From NCBI GenBank assembly GCA_013178305.1, contig JABLXB010000001.1:426516-490515 (forward strand): a stretch of DNA of 64,000 nt, given 5' to 3'. Made by a program: the position numbers and the translations under genes. Numbering within the stretch: the stretch's first letter is position 1; each line of letters begins with the position of its first letter. The notes beneath the pieces are model-generated. The model was not told where the DNA came from, searched no databases, and saw only the letters and a list, made by a program, of their open reading frames with translations. Below, in pieces: positions 1 through 9,303 of this stretch. The stretch comes from Bacillota bacterium (GTDB lineage: Bacteria; Bacillota; Sulfobacillia; JABLXB01).

Positions 1-1687
1 CCTCGAGCGCGATCAGGGCACGGCCGCTCCTGGCAATGCACTCGGGCAAGAGCTCGTAGGTGAGGTCGTTCCCGTGGGCGTCCTTTATCCTGATCTCGGG
101 CGAGGCGCCCATCTTGATTTCCCTGACGATGCCTTCGGCCTCCGACGTCCCTTCGGGGGACCTGACGTCAATAGCCGTGATCTCCCCGCCGGTCACTCTC
201 ACCCGCGCCATGTCTCCTTCGTTCAGCTCGACGAGGTTAGATGCCCTTCCGTCACGCGTGACGGTGCAGTTCAGCGCTATCCTGTATTCCCGTCGCACGG
301 ACCGGTCGTCGACCCCTGCGAGGCGAGGTTTGTCCCCGAGCGAGGCCCACTTGATCAGGATCTCGAACTCCACGATTTCCTCGGGTTCCTCCGCGGTTAT
401 CGCCGTTATCGTCGAGTCGGTTATCTTCAGGGTCACCCTGTCGCGGGGCTTCACGAACATCAGGTCGGCGGTCTTCCCGTTGCGGTTCACCTTACAGCTC
501 GAGCCCACCGCGTAGGCGCAGGTCTTGCCGGTCTGATCCCTGAACACGAGCACCGGACCGTAATCGCGCGCGATCTCGATCACTGTGCCCTGCTTCTGCG
601 ATTGCCCCATCTCGGGCCAGGATGCGGGCGATTTCGCGCGCGCGTCGACAAGCACGACAAAGCCCTGGTCGTTCCAGACCACGGCCACCAGTTGGCCCTT
701 CTTGATGGATGAGGTGGCTACTTCCTTGCCGTCGACGAACACGGCCAGGTCCGGCGACAGGGTCATCGTCACGGACTCGGCGAATACCTCGCCGCGGTCC
801 CAGTAGCCAAGTTCGCCGGTGCGCGGCCACCACTCGCGGTCGAATTTCCTCATCGTTATGATGGATTGTTTCGCGTCCACGGCAGTCACCACGCCGCGAA
901 CCTCCCTGCCCCGGACCGGGGCGAGCATCTCGCAGCAACGCTCAAGCACGGTCGCGAACTCCGCGCGTGTTATCGGATGCGCGGGGCCGAACGTCTGGCC
1001 GTATCCCGTCATGATCCCCCGGCTGTTCGCGACAGCGACGTATCCGGCTTTCCCAGCCGGCACCTCCGGCGAATCGGTGAACGGGAGGACCTCATCCATC
1101 CTGTCCTGCGCCTCGCCGTCCAGGCCGGCGGCTTTCACCAGTACCTCCGCGATCCACCACCTTGCGGCGGGAACGCCCGGCTGGAACGGCCCGTCAGCGG
1201 GGTCTACGAAACCGAGGTATGCGGCACGGCCAACGTCCTCGGCGGCCCAGCGGTACTGTTCGAGTATTGTGACGGAGTCCTCGAACTCCATGGCCTCTTC
1301 AATGGCGCCGCCGGGAGGTTCCGCGGTGGCCGAGCCGCCCGCGCCCTCGCCGGCGGTCTCGCGCAGCATCCTCATGACTCCGACGATGACCTCCGTGCGC
1401 GTGACGCTGGCGTTGGGCCTGAATCCGCCATCCGGGTAACCCTTGAGGATCCTCTTGGCCGAGGCCCTGGCCATGTACTGCATGGCCCAGGCCGCCTCGC
1501 CCTCGTCGTGAAAGTACCTGAAGGGCGTCTCCCGTGCAGCCGAAGCCGGGGCCACGTCGACAACTGCGGCCAGTACGAACATAAACAGGACCACCGCAAG
1601 GCCAGCCGCTAAGGCGCCGGACGCGGTGATCGCGCTGCCGGAAACCGTGCGTGGAACGATGGACGATTTTCGGGCCAGCCCGCCCAC
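1..1687 (-). CDS. SLH-domain cell-surface protein; N-terminal part only, the C-terminal end lies beyond the window start
   Basis: I reverse-translated the minus strand and found a continuous frame from about 1687 to position 1. The N-terminus is a signal peptide (RK..GALAAGLAVVLFMFVLAAVVDVAPASA/ARE). It is followed by two S-layer-homology motifs (FRYFHDEGEAAWAMQYMARASAKRILKGYPDGGFRPNASVTRTEV and PFTDSPEVPAGKAGYVAVANSRGIMTGYGQTFGPAHPITRAEFATVL), then repeated beta-strand-rich modules. It is absent from the ORF track because it has no in-window stop. The plus-strand ORFs listed here (60..515, 74..712, 819..1439, 866..1612) are Ser/Arg-rich artefacts. The start codon is uncertain: GTG near 1687 or ATG at about 1616. 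Confidence 0.7.
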   Translation of the reverse strand, partial: MGGLARKSSIVPRTVSGSAITASGALAAGLAVVLFMFVLAAVVDVAPASAARETPFRYFHDEGEAAWAMQYMARASAKRILKGYPDGGFRPNASVTRTEVIVGVMRMLRETAGEGAGGSATAEPPGGAIEEAMEFEDSVTILEQYRWAAEDVGRAAYLGFVDPADGPFQPGVPAARWWIAEVLVKAAGLDGEAQDRMDEVLPFTDSPEVPAGKAGYVAVANSRGIMTGYGQTFGPAHPITRAEFATVLERCCEMLAPVRGREVRGVVTAVDAKQSIITMRKFDREWWPRTGELGYWDRGEVFAESVTMTLSPDLAVFVDGKEVATSSIKKGQLVAVVWNDQGFVVLVDARAKSPASWPEMGQSQKQGTVIEIARDYGPVLVFRDQTGKTCAYAVGSSCKVNRNGKTADLMFVKPRDRVTLKITDSTITAITAEEPEEIVEFEILIKWASLGDKPRLAGVDDRSVRREYRIALNCTVTRDGRASNLVELNEGDMARVRVTGGEITAIDVRSPEGTSEAEGIVREIKMGASPEIRIKDAHGNDLTYELLPECIARSGRALIALE

Positions 1688-1771
1688 CTCCCTACATTAT
1701 CTATCGCAGGCTGCCTGTATCATCGTTAGCCGTGTGGTTGCCGGATTCCTGCGGGCTTGGTGTCTTTACAC

Positions 1772-1801
1772 TTGACATTACACCATCCCACAACGTACCA
1801 T
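1772..1801 (+). promoter_or_regulatory. candidate sigma-A-type promoter for the downstream membrane-protein gene
   Basis: TTGACA (1772-1777), an 18-nt spacer, then TACCAT (1796-1801), about 55 nt upstream of the ATG at 1859. The leader contains a 6-bp stem CTGCCG/CGGCAG. Confidence 0.3.
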
Positions 1802-1858
1802 TAATCTGCAGCCTGCCGCGAGCCGGCCGGCAGCCAGACTTGAACCGAGGTGAGAGCA

Positions 1859-2365
1859 ATGCGGACACGCGAACTCGTAGCCGGAGCCCTCCTTTCCGCC
1901 CTGTCGCTCGTCATACCACTTGCTTTCGGAGGAGTACTGGGAGTCTCCATCCCTCCATTCTCGGCTACACTTGCGTCGCACGTCCCCTTGATGCTTTCGA
2001 TGCTCGTCAGCCCCGCGGCGGCCGTGATGGTCGGCGCGGTTTCGGCCATCGGCTTCACCATGAAGCTCGGGCCCGTCATCGGGGCAAGGGCAGCGATGCA
2101 CGCCTTCGTCGGGGCTACAGGCGCGGTGCTCGTGCGCCGTGGAGTCCGCTTCCCGCTGGCACTTCTGCTCTGCCTGCCCGTGCACTCGTTGCTCGAAGCT
2201 TTCATCGTGCTGCCGTTCGGATGGAGCCTGCAGAAGGCAGGCGTCGTCGTGGCGGCGGGGACTGCGCTCCACCACCTGGTCGACTCGGCCATCGCAGTCT
2301 CTCTGACAGGGATCCTGGCGAAGATCGGGGTTTCATTCTGGAAGGAGCAAGAACGAGGAGCATAG
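1859..2365 (+). CDS. ECF-transporter S-component-like small integral membrane protein (substrate unknown)
   Basis: About 168 aa with 5-6 predicted TM helices. The N-terminus MRTRELVAGALLSALSLVIPLAFGG is typical of ECF S components. A GAGGTG Shine-Dalgarno sits 6 nt before the ATG at 1859; the ORF-track start at 1850 is an upstream GTG. Confidence 0.5.
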   Translation: MRTRELVAGALLSALSLVIPLAFGGVLGVSIPPFSATLASHVPLMLSMLVSPAAAVMVGAVSAIGFTMKLGPVIGARAAMHAFVGATGAVLVRRGVRFPLALLLCLPVHSLLEAFIVLPFGWSLQKAGVVVAAGTALHHLVDSAIAVSLTGILAKIGVSFWKEQERGA

Positions 2366-2460
2366 ACGTTCCAGTATTGAGACACATTACAATATAAACG
2401 AATGGCTTTCCTCGGGCTGCTGTATCACCTCCAGTACGTCCCGGGCCCGTGGGAACAAGA

Positions 2461-2489
2461 GGGTCATCCCGCTTTTCGTGGGATGGCCC
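2461..2489. terminator. 10-bp GC-rich stem-loop between the convergent ECF-S gene and glgA; possible bidirectional terminator
   Basis: GGGTCATCCC-gcttttcgt-GGGATGGCCC gives 10 bp including one G-U pair. The flanks are only weakly U-rich on either strand. Confidence 0.3.
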
Positions 2490-2579
2490 TCCTCATGCTA
2501 CCGCCGCAGCGGCGTGGCCCGGGCGCCGCGACCTGCGCCGTACTCAACCCTGCCAGGCGGGCCCCGCCACTGCCCCGTC

Positions 2580-4067
2580 CTACGCGGTTAATTCCACGAT
2601 GTCTTTCTTCATTAGCGCCCTGTCGTACAGGTCCATGTACTCAGCCGCCGAGCGGTTCCAAGAGAAGTCGAGGTCCATGGCCGATTGCACGAGCCGGCGC
2701 CACTTCTCCCTGTCCGAGTATGCCGAGATGGCGCGCCTGAGCGCGCTCATCAGGGCGTCCGAGGAGTACTCCTTGAACGAGAACCCGTTACCCATGCCTG
2801 TGCCGGCGTCGTAGTCGAATATCGTGTCGGCCAGGCCCCCGACGTGCCTCACCACGGGTATCGTGCCGTAACGGAGGCTTATGAGCTGCCCGAGGCCGCA
2901 CGGTTCGAACCTCGATGGCATCAGGAACATGTCCGCGCCCGCGTATATCCTCTGCGCGAGAATCCCGTTGAACCCGATGAACGCGGCGACCTTGCCCGGG
3001 TTCGATTCCGACAACGACTTGAACATGCGCTCGTAGTGAGGGTCGCCGGTCCCCAGCAATATGAGCTGGACGTCCATGCCGAGTATCTCGGGCATGGCCT
3101 CCAGCACGATGTCCAATCCCTTCTGGTCAACCAGCCGCGACACGAGCCCGATCAACGGCACGTCGCGGACATGCAGGTTCATCTCCTTCTGCAACGCAAA
3201 CTTGTTCTCTTTCTTGTCGCCCACCATAGTCGAGTCGAAGTTCTTGTATATCCTGGGGTCGGTGCGGGGATTGAACTCGTGATAGTTGATCCCGTTCACG
3301 ATCCCGTAAAGGTCGTCGCCGCGCTTTCGCAATAGGCCTTCCATTCGTTCTCCGAACTCGGCCGTCTGAATTTCCTGCGCATACTTCTTCGACACGGTAT
3401 TGATCACGTCGGAGTATGTAATGCCGGCTTTCATGAAGCTCACAGACCCGTAGAACTCCACCCCACCGGGGTGGAACAGGTGCTCACCGACCCCCATGAG
3501 TCTCAGCACGTCTATGGGGAAGTTGCCCTGATAGGCGAGGTTGTGGATCGTGAACACCGTGCACACCTTGGAGAAGAACGGGTCGTTCGCGTAGAACTCG
3601 TTCAGCATGAGCGGGACCGGCGCCGTCTCCCAGTCGTTGCAGTGGATGATGTCTGGCTGGAATCCGAGCCTGGGCAGCATCTCGAGAACCGCTTTGGAGA
3701 AGAAGATGAACCGCTCGGCGTCGTCGGGGTAACCGTAGACCCCGTCCCTGTCGAAATACTGGTAGTTGTCGATCAGGTACACCGGGACCCGTTTCCAGCC
3801 GCCGTTGACCTTGGCCTCTATGCCGGTGGCCTTCACGACGGCGGTTTCTTTCCTGTCCCCGACCTGCACGGGGAAATCCATGATGGTTTCCTCCGGCGTA
3901 ACCGCCTTGTACCTCGGCATCACGACCCTCACGTCATTGCCCAGCGCGGTAAGTGCCTTCGGAAGCGATCCCGCCACGTCCGCCAGCCCCCCAACCTTGG
4001 CGAACGGGGCAACCTCCGACGATGCAAGTATGATCTTCAGGTTACGGTCGAGTATCACGCGGTTCAT
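2580..4067 (-). CDS. glgA: glycogen (starch) synthase, ADP-glucose type (GT5)
   Basis: 495 aa. N-terminal motif KVGGLADVAGSLPKAL is the GlgA signature, and the protein spans the full length typical of bacterial glycogen synthases. Confidence 0.95.
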   Translation of the reverse strand: MNRVILDRNLKIILASSEVAPFAKVGGLADVAGSLPKALTALGNDVRVVMPRYKAVTPEETIMDFPVQVGDRKETAVVKATGIEAKVNGGWKRVPVYLIDNYQYFDRDGVYGYPDDAERFIFFSKAVLEMLPRLGFQPDIIHCNDWETAPVPLMLNEFYANDPFFSKVCTVFTIHNLAYQGNFPIDVLRLMGVGEHLFHPGGVEFYGSVSFMKAGITYSDVINTVSKKYAQEIQTAEFGERMEGLLRKRGDDLYGIVNGINYHEFNPRTDPRIYKNFDSTMVGDKKENKFALQKEMNLHVRDVPLIGLVSRLVDQKGLDIVLEAMPEILGMDVQLILLGTGDPHYERMFKSLSESNPGKVAAFIGFNGILAQRIYAGADMFLMPSRFEPCGLGQLISLRYGTIPVVRHVGGLADTIFDYDAGTGMGNGFSFKEYSSDALMSALRRAISAYSDREKWRRLVQSAMDLDFSWNRSAAEYMDLYDRALMKKDIVELTA

Positions 4068-5124
4068 CCCCTTTCACTTGCGCGGACCCCGCGGGCCCCG
4101 CTTCGCCGGACACCGGCACCAGGCCCTCGAGCCCGAGAGACACCTCGCGCAGCAATGGAGCGGCCATCTCGGGCGGAGTGGGGTTTATGTAGTATCCGGT
4201 GCCCAGTTCAAACCCGGCCGCTATCGTGAGCCTGGGGAGGATCTCGATGTGCCAGTGGAACCCGTCCCCGGCGGCCCCGAAAGGAGCGGTGTGCAGGATC
4301 AGGTTGTACGGTGGGTTATCGAACGCGGCTTCGAGGCGCCTGACCGTGTTCCTGAGCACCGCGGCGAGCTCCCGGGACAGGTCCTCTGGTGTTTCTTCGA
4401 AGCGCGGCAGGTGACACGCCGGGGCAATCCACGTCTCGTAGGGAAACCGCGAGGCAACCGGGCAGTATACAATGAAACCCGCCGATTCGTCGACGATGCG
4501 GTCCCCGTTCTCAGACTCGTAGCGCAGTACATCACAGAGCGTACAGTCGCCTCCGTTACCGCGGTTCAACCCCCGCATCTCCGCCTGTACCACCCCGGGG
4601 GTCACGGGTAACGCTATCAACTGGAAGTGCGTGTGTTCGAGAGAAGCCCCCGCCGTAGCGCCGGAGTTCTTGAACGCCTGAACGTATTCCACGCGGCCGC
4701 CGCGCCCGTACGCCCGTATCCGGTCCTTGAGCGCCCTGATCACGAGTTCGACCTGGTCCACGTCGTGCGTCCCGAGGCTGGAATCGTGCCTGGGTGACTC
4801 GACCAGCACCTCGTGGCCTCCGGCAGCGTTCATAACGAGGTGCGGCCCCACATAGCGCGGTTCCTCGCGCGCGAGGTCGGGCGAGAGCGCCGGGAACTTG
4901 TTCGGGACAACTCTTATGCTCCATCCAGGTGTGTCGGGAGGCGAGCCATCCCTGTACGCCAGCACCTCGGGAGGTGTGAGGCCCTCGTTCCCGTAGCAGA
5001 ACGGGCACGTGCCGCCCTTTTTCGTTTCCGCGGGGCGTGCGAAGTCGTGGGGGCGCTTACCCCTTTCTGTGGCGATGATCACCCACGTGCCGGTGAGAAT
5101 ATCTTTCCTGAGTTCGGGCATCAA
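4042..5124 (-). CDS. galT: galactose-1-phosphate uridylyltransferase family protein (HIT superfamily, GalT-like)
   Basis: 360 aa. A Zn-binding CPFC motif lies near the N-terminus, with the HxHxH-like active-site motif FHWHIEILPR, as in class I GalT / ADP-glucose phosphorylase. It overlaps the glgA start by 26 nt, suggesting translational coupling. Confidence 0.8.
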   Translation of the reverse strand: MMPELRKDILTGTWVIIATERGKRPHDFARPAETKKGGTCPFCYGNEGLTPPEVLAYRDGSPPDTPGWSIRVVPNKFPALSPDLAREEPRYVGPHLVMNAAGGHEVLVESPRHDSSLGTHDVDQVELVIRALKDRIRAYGRGGRVEYVQAFKNSGATAGASLEHTHFQLIALPVTPGVVQAEMRGLNRGNGGDCTLCDVLRYESENGDRIVDESAGFIVYCPVASRFPYETWIAPACHLPRFEETPEDLSRELAAVLRNTVRRLEAAFDNPPYNLILHTAPFGAAGDGFHWHIEILPRLTIAAGFELGTGYYINPTPPEMAAPLLREVSLGLEGLVPVSGEAGPAGSAQVKGDEPRDTRP

Positions 5125-5132
5125 TTACCCCC

Positions 5133-5381
5133 CTAAATACTGCGGAACGGCCGGTCTTTACGGAGGCTCGTCGACCCGTGGTCCTCCAGGATATCGGCCC
5201 CGTCGTCCGGTAGCTGTATTTCGGGGACGTCGAACTCGGGGATCTCCTCTTCCTCGGGGCCTTCCCCACCGTTGCCACCGGATAGCTCCCCATCATCGGG
5301 GTTATCGACGTCGACGAGCGTCCGTGGATCACTGGTCCGGGGATTCCTGGGTGGAATGCCGCCCCTACTGTCACTGCTCAC
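5133..5381 (-). CDS. small highly acidic hypothetical protein (82 aa)
   Basis: GTG start preceded by the strong Shine-Dalgarno GGAAGGAGG. The protein is Asp/Glu/Pro/Gly-rich with no hydrophobic core. It is the first gene of the acidic-ORF-galT-glgA string. Confidence 0.4.
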   Translation of the reverse strand: MSSDSRGGIPPRNPRTSDPRTLVDVDNPDDGELSGGNGGEGPEEEEIPEFDVPEIQLPDDGADILEDHGSTSLRKDRPFRSI

Positions 5382-5530
5382 TGCGTTCCGGCCTCCTTCC
5401 GCTTACGCTGGTATACGCCATGGCTCGGCGCCCGCGTTCGCAACAAATCCGCACAGACATGCCTGAATCCTAGTATGTCCAGGGAAAGCCGTGACAGGTT
5501 GGGAAAAACAAGCACGTTACGGATTGAGCG

Positions 5531-5573
5531 CCGGATAAGAGAAGCAGCGGCCCCACTCTTCCGGGGCCACTGC
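5531..5573 (-). terminator. Rho-independent terminator downstream of the MCP gene
   Basis: Minus-strand RNA GCAGUGGCCCC-GGAAGAGU-GGGGCCGCUGC gives an 11-bp stem with one G-U pair, followed by UUCUCUUAUCC, about 100 nt after the MCP stop. Confidence 0.6.
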
Positions 5574-5676
5574 TTGCGAGCCCTCCGCCGCCGCCAGGCG
5601 GAAGACTCCCTGGGGGTGAGAATGTCTGGGGAGCCTGGCCGTTCTCGCTAACCGGACCAGGACCAGACTGCTACTA

Positions 5677-7536
5677 TTAGAGTCGGAATGTGCCCACAAG
5701 TTTCCGCAGATCCTGGGCCATTTGAGCTAGTGACTGCGCTGAACTTGCCATCTCCTCGATCGACGCGTTGACTTCCTCGGCCGCCGAAGAGACCTCCTCT
5801 ATCGCTGAGGCATTCCGCTCGGCAGCCTTAGCGATGGAATCAGCAGAACCGAGGACTTGCGAACTGGATGCCGCCATTTGCTCTGTAGCCGCGGTGGCTT
5901 CTTCAACCACCGATGCACTTGAATCCACAGCAGTCATAGCCTGTTTGCTTGCAGCCTGAATATCCGTAATTGCCTCTCTGATTCGCTCGAATTCCACGCC
6001 CGCATTCTCCACGGCGGACACTATTTGGCCGAGCACCTCCCGGGCTTCCGACGCCACGTTGAAGCCTTCCTTCACCGCCTCGGCGCCCACTCCAACCGAC
6101 TTCACAGAAGCCTCGGTACCCTTTTGAATGTCCGCAATCAAGTTGGCTATTTCCTTGGTTGACTTGCTCGAACGCTCGGCTAGCTTCCTGACTTCGTCCG
6201 CGACCACCGCAAACCCGCGCCCGTGTTCGCCCGCCCTTGCGGCTTCTATGGCTGCATTAAGGGCGAGCAGATTGGTCTGGTCCGCAATGTCGCTTATCAC
6301 CTGCACAATCTCGACGATCCGCTGTGAGTGCTCCGACAGCTCGTTGATGTTTGCACGGATATCGTCGCTCGTTTTGTTGATGGTCTCCATTCCAGAGACA
6401 GTTTTTTCTATTGCCTGCCTACCGCTCTGTGCCGAGCTCCTTGCAGTCTCGGCCGCCAGGGCTACCTGCTGGGCTGCGGACCCGATGCGATCCACCGCCT
6501 TCACCATGCCCTCGACACTTCGAGTCGCCTCTGACAGGCTCTTCGATTGAGTCTGAGCCCCCGCCGCTACCTGATCTATAGCGTTCCCGAGCTGGCCCAG
6601 CACCTTGCTGGTCTCCCGGGCGCCTTCGGCTTGAGACGTGCTGTCCTTTGTGACATCCTGTATGGACGTAGAGACTTGCTGAATCGCCTTTGCCGCCTCT
6701 TCAGCTGTCGCCGAGAGTTCCTCGCTGGACGCGGCAACCTGCTCCGCCGACTCCGACGTCTTCTTGACCAGATGCTTGAGGCTGTCCAGCATGCCGCCGA
6801 ACGCCACCGTCAACTTCTCGATCTCGTCCCTCGTCTTCACCGCGGGTGCGCTGATCGTCAAGTCCCCCGCAGCAACCGCGGTCGCAGCCGTTGTAAGTGC
6901 ACCCAGCGGTCTCGAGATCAGGCGTCCTAGTACCAGGCCAAGCCCAACACCCAGAATCGCGGCTAGAACCGTGACTATAAGGGTGATTCTCTGTACGTTA
7001 TCCGTCGTCAGCTTAGCGCCAGCCTCTATTTTATCTGAGAGGTCGGACGTGAAACTGACCCATTCCCCCATGGCCTTGCTGAGGCTTTCCTCAACATCGC
7101 CGCCCTTATCCACGTCTGCTGATACACCCGCTTCGTCACCGGCCTTCGCGTTAGCGATCATGCTAGCCACGAGCTTGTCGTAGTCCTCAATGTGGGTCCT
7201 GAACGTCTTTAAGAAAGCCTTGCCTTGCTCCGTCTTGATGAGCTTATCCAGCTTGGCCAGCAGGTCCGAGACGTTCTTCTCGTGACCTTGCGCGTCTCTG
7301 AGGTGGTTCTCTTCAAGGGTCTCGACATAATACGTGACAGCCAGTATCCTCTTCGTGATCTGCGCATCCAGCTCACGTATCAGGAGCAGCGCCTCCAAGA
7401 CGTAGTTAACCATGTCCTCCTGGTAGCTCTTCCGGACGCCATTGATTCCATTGATAGCAAACAAGCCAACCGCACCGAAAACGACAACCAGTACCACGTA
7501 TCCAGCAATGATCTTGACACCGACTCCAAGTCTCAC
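5677..7536 (-). CDS. methyl-accepting chemotaxis protein (TM-sensor-TM-HAMP-MCP signalling domain)
   Basis: The protein has an N-terminal TM helix ([21 protein letters not shown]), a second TM helix ([21 protein letters not shown]) and a HAMP domain. The C-terminal MCP signalling domain includes the conserved [33 protein letters not shown] core. The likely start is the GTG near 7536 with a G-rich Shine-Dalgarno; the ORF-track start at 7623 is an upstream extension. Confidence 0.9.
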   Translation of the reverse strand: MRLGVGVKIIAGYVVLVVVFGAVGLFAINGINGVRKSYQEDMVNYVLEALLLIRELDAQITKRILAVTYYVETLEENHLRDAQGHEKNVSDLLAKLDKLIKTEQGKAFLKTFRTHIEDYDKLVASMIANAKAGDEAGVSADVDKGGDVEESLSKAMGEWVSFTSDLSDKIEAGAKLTTDNVQRITLIVTVLAAILGVGLGLVLGRLISRPLGALTTAATAVAAGDLTISAPAVKTRDEIEKLTVAFGGMLDSLKHLVKKTSESAEQVAASSEELSATAEEAAKAIQQVSTSIQDVTKDSTSQAEGARETSKVLGQLGNAIDQVAAGAQTQSKSLSEATRSVEGMVKAVDRIGSAAQQVALAAETARSSAQSGRQAIEKTVSGMETINKTSDDIRANINELSEHSQRIVEIVQVISDIADQTNLLALNAAIEAARAGEHGRGFAVVADEVRKLAERSSKSTKEIANLIADIQKGTEASVKSVGVGAEAVKEGFNVASEAREVLGQIVSAVENAGVEFERIREAITDIQAASKQAMTAVDSSASVVEEATAATEQMAASSSQVLGSADSIAKAAERNASAIEEVSSAAEEVNASIEEMASSAQSLAQMAQDLRKLVGTFRL

Positions 7537-7670
7537 CTTTCCGCCCCCCCAATTACCCGGCTCGCCTGCGAACCCGGCAATTAATGTTGCTGTGTACAGC
7601 CGACACACCGAGAAGCACGTCATGCACCTGCCGCTCTATTACTTCCCATCGTGAAGGTACGGATTGGTAT

Positions 7671-7765
7671 TTAGCTAATTGAGCTAATCTTAAGCTAATT
7701 AGCTCCATTCTGGTAATTGCCGCAATCATGCGATTATCAAGCTAATTTAGCTAATTTAGCTAGTT
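7671..7765. repeat. AT-rich array of about 7 AGCTAAT(T) motifs including a 12-bp perfect palindrome AGCTAATTAGCT, in the MCP promoter region
   Basis: Cluster 1 (7671-7706): TTAGCTAATT, GAGCTAATC, AAGCTAATTAGCTCC. Cluster 2 (7739-7765): AGCTAATTT, AGCTAATTT, AGCTAGTTT in tandem. It sits between the rlmD stop (7868) and the MCP start, inside an AT-rich island in a GC-rich genome. Confidence 0.5.
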
Positions 7766-7867
7766 TAGGAACTCTCGACGCATTTGGACACGGTTCGCCA
7801 AAAAAGAGAGCGCCGGAGGGACGGAATTACGTGGAGCGCAAGGGGATGAGGAGGCCGTGGAGCGCGC

Positions 7868-9271
7868 TCAAGCCCTGACGATGCAGGCGACCGCCTCCAC
7901 GTGGGGGGTCTGGGGAAACATGTCGAACGGCTGCACCTCGACAGTCCTGTAGCCGAGTCCCTCGAGGTAAGCGAGGTCCCGCGCAAGTGTCGAAGGATAA
8001 CACGACACGTAGGCGACAGTGGCGGGTTTTGTCCTGGCGATGGCGTCGAGGACTCCTTCAGAGCAGCCGGCGCGCGGCGGGTCCAGCACAACCGCGGCCG
8101 GCGACGCCCCTTCGGAGGCAAGTCCGAACACGACGGACTGGGCAACCCACTCCGCCCGGCCCTCGACGAACCTGACGTTGCCTATTTCGTTGAGCCTGGC
8201 GTTCCGCCGCGCATCCCTGACGGCGTCCGGGGATTCCTCGATCCCCACCGCGAGGGAGAAGCGCCGCGCCAGGAAGAGCGTGATGGTCCCGATGCCGCAG
8301 TAGAGGTCCAGCGCGGTTGAATCCCGAATCCCGGATTCGAGGTATTCCAACGCCTTTGCGTACACCCTCGCAGCCTGCACGGGGTTAACCTGGTAGAACG
8401 ACAGCGGGGATATCCGGAACCTGAGGCGACCGGTCTCGTCGTTTCCGAACAGGTCATCTATGCACTCGCGCCCCCGGATGACCTTCCACTCCGTACCGAG
8501 CACGATGTTGGTCCTCCCGGGGTTGACGTTCTGGACCACGCTGACCAGGCCGGGGACTGCCTTCATCAGTCCTTCAGCGATCTCCGCGGCGGCGGGAAAC
8601 CTCCGCAGTGCGGTGACGAACGCCGCCATCGACTCGCCTGTCCCGACCGCCACCCGCGCCATTATGTACCGGAGGACGCCCCTTCCGGTTCGCTCGTCGT
8701 ACGGTTCGACGCGGTGCTCCTCGCACAACTTGAGCGCCTCGCGGAGTATGAGGTTGTTGGTAGGATGCTGTATCAGGCACGACTCCGCGGGGACGATCTC
8801 GTGCGTGCCCTTGCGAAAACAGCCGGCCACTAGCCACGAGCCCGGTCGAAAGCCGGCCCGCCCGTCGACCCGTCCGGACGCGCGGCCCACGGGGAACATG
8901 ACCTTGTTCCGGTAGTGCCATGGTTCCGGCGAGGGCATCGTATCGCGGACGACAGCACCTTTCAAATGGCCGATCCTCGACAGCGCATCCTCGACCAGCC
9001 TCTTTTTCCACGAAAGCTGGCCCTCGTACGACATCGCCTGGAGGCTGCAGCCCCCGCAGTACTCCGAAACGCTACAGCGGGGGTCGACTCTGAGAGCGGA
9101 GGCCCGCTCAACCGCCACGAGCTCCGCCCGCGAGAATCTCTTCCGTTGCTCCGTTATCCTCGCGCGCACTGTATCGCCGGGGATGCCCCCGGGGACGAAT
9201 ACGGCCTTGTCCCGGTGCCTCCCCACGCCCGCGCCTTCGTGAGAGAGTCCGGTGATCTCCAGATTGGCGAC
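7868..9271 (-). CDS. rlmD: 23S rRNA (uracil-C5)-methyltransferase RlmD/RumA family (TRAM domain, 4Fe-4S, SAM-dependent MTase)
   Basis: A TRAM-like N-terminus (VANLEITGLSHEGAGVGR...AVFVPGGIPGDTVRARI), the Cys cluster (CSVSEYCGGCSLQ) and the class I MTase motif LDLYCGIGTITLFLA. The likely start is GTG at about 9271; the upstream extension in the ORF track is Arg-rich and unlikely to be coding. Confidence 0.85.
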   Translation of the reverse strand, partial: VANLEITGLSHEGAGVGRHRDKAVFVPGGIPGDTVRARITEQRKRFSRAELVAVERASALRVDPRCSVSEYCGGCSLQAMSYEGQLSWKKRLVEDALSRIGHLKGAVVRDTMPSPEPWHYRNKVMFPVGRASGRVDGRAGFRPGSWLVAGCFRKGTHEIVPAESCLIQHPTNNLILREALKLCEEHRVEPYDERTGRGVLRYIMARVAVGTGESMAAFVTALRRFPAAAEIAEGLMKAVPGLVSVVQNVNPGRTNIVLGTEWKVIRGRECIDDLFGNDETGRLRFRISPLSFYQVNPVQAARVYAKALEYLESGIRDSTALDLYCGIGTITLFLARRFSLAVGIEESPDAVRDARRNARLNEIGNVRFVEGRAEWVAQSVVFGLASEGASPAAVVLDPPRAGCSEGVLDAIARTKPATVAYVSCYPSTLARDLAYLEGLGYRTVEVQPFDMFPQTPHVEAVACIVRA

Positions 9272-9303
9272 CTCTCCGCCGTCGCGGCGTCCGGTTCTTC
9301 GCT

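Noticed and set aside
60-1612. Plus-strand ORFs 60..515, 74..712, 819..1439, 866..1612 at the window start.
   Set aside because: Ser/Arg/Thr-rich low-complexity translations. The minus strand over the same span encodes a continuous SLH-domain protein with a signal peptide and conserved SLH motifs.
1688-1858. preQ1, THF, TPP or FMN riboswitch upstream of the ECF S-component-like gene (and likewise upstream of the QueT-family gene at 41237).
   Set aside because: The leader is about 50 nt with only a 6-bp stem and no conserved motif. The QueT-family gene has no leader at all because it overlaps purD.
7660-7770. CRISPR array or sigma-D (TAAA-N15-GCCGATAT) promoter in the AGCTAAT repeat tract.
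   Set aside because: Repeat units are 7-9 bp with no spacers, so this is not CRISPR. No convincing sigma-D -35/-10 pair is found on the MCP-coding strand.
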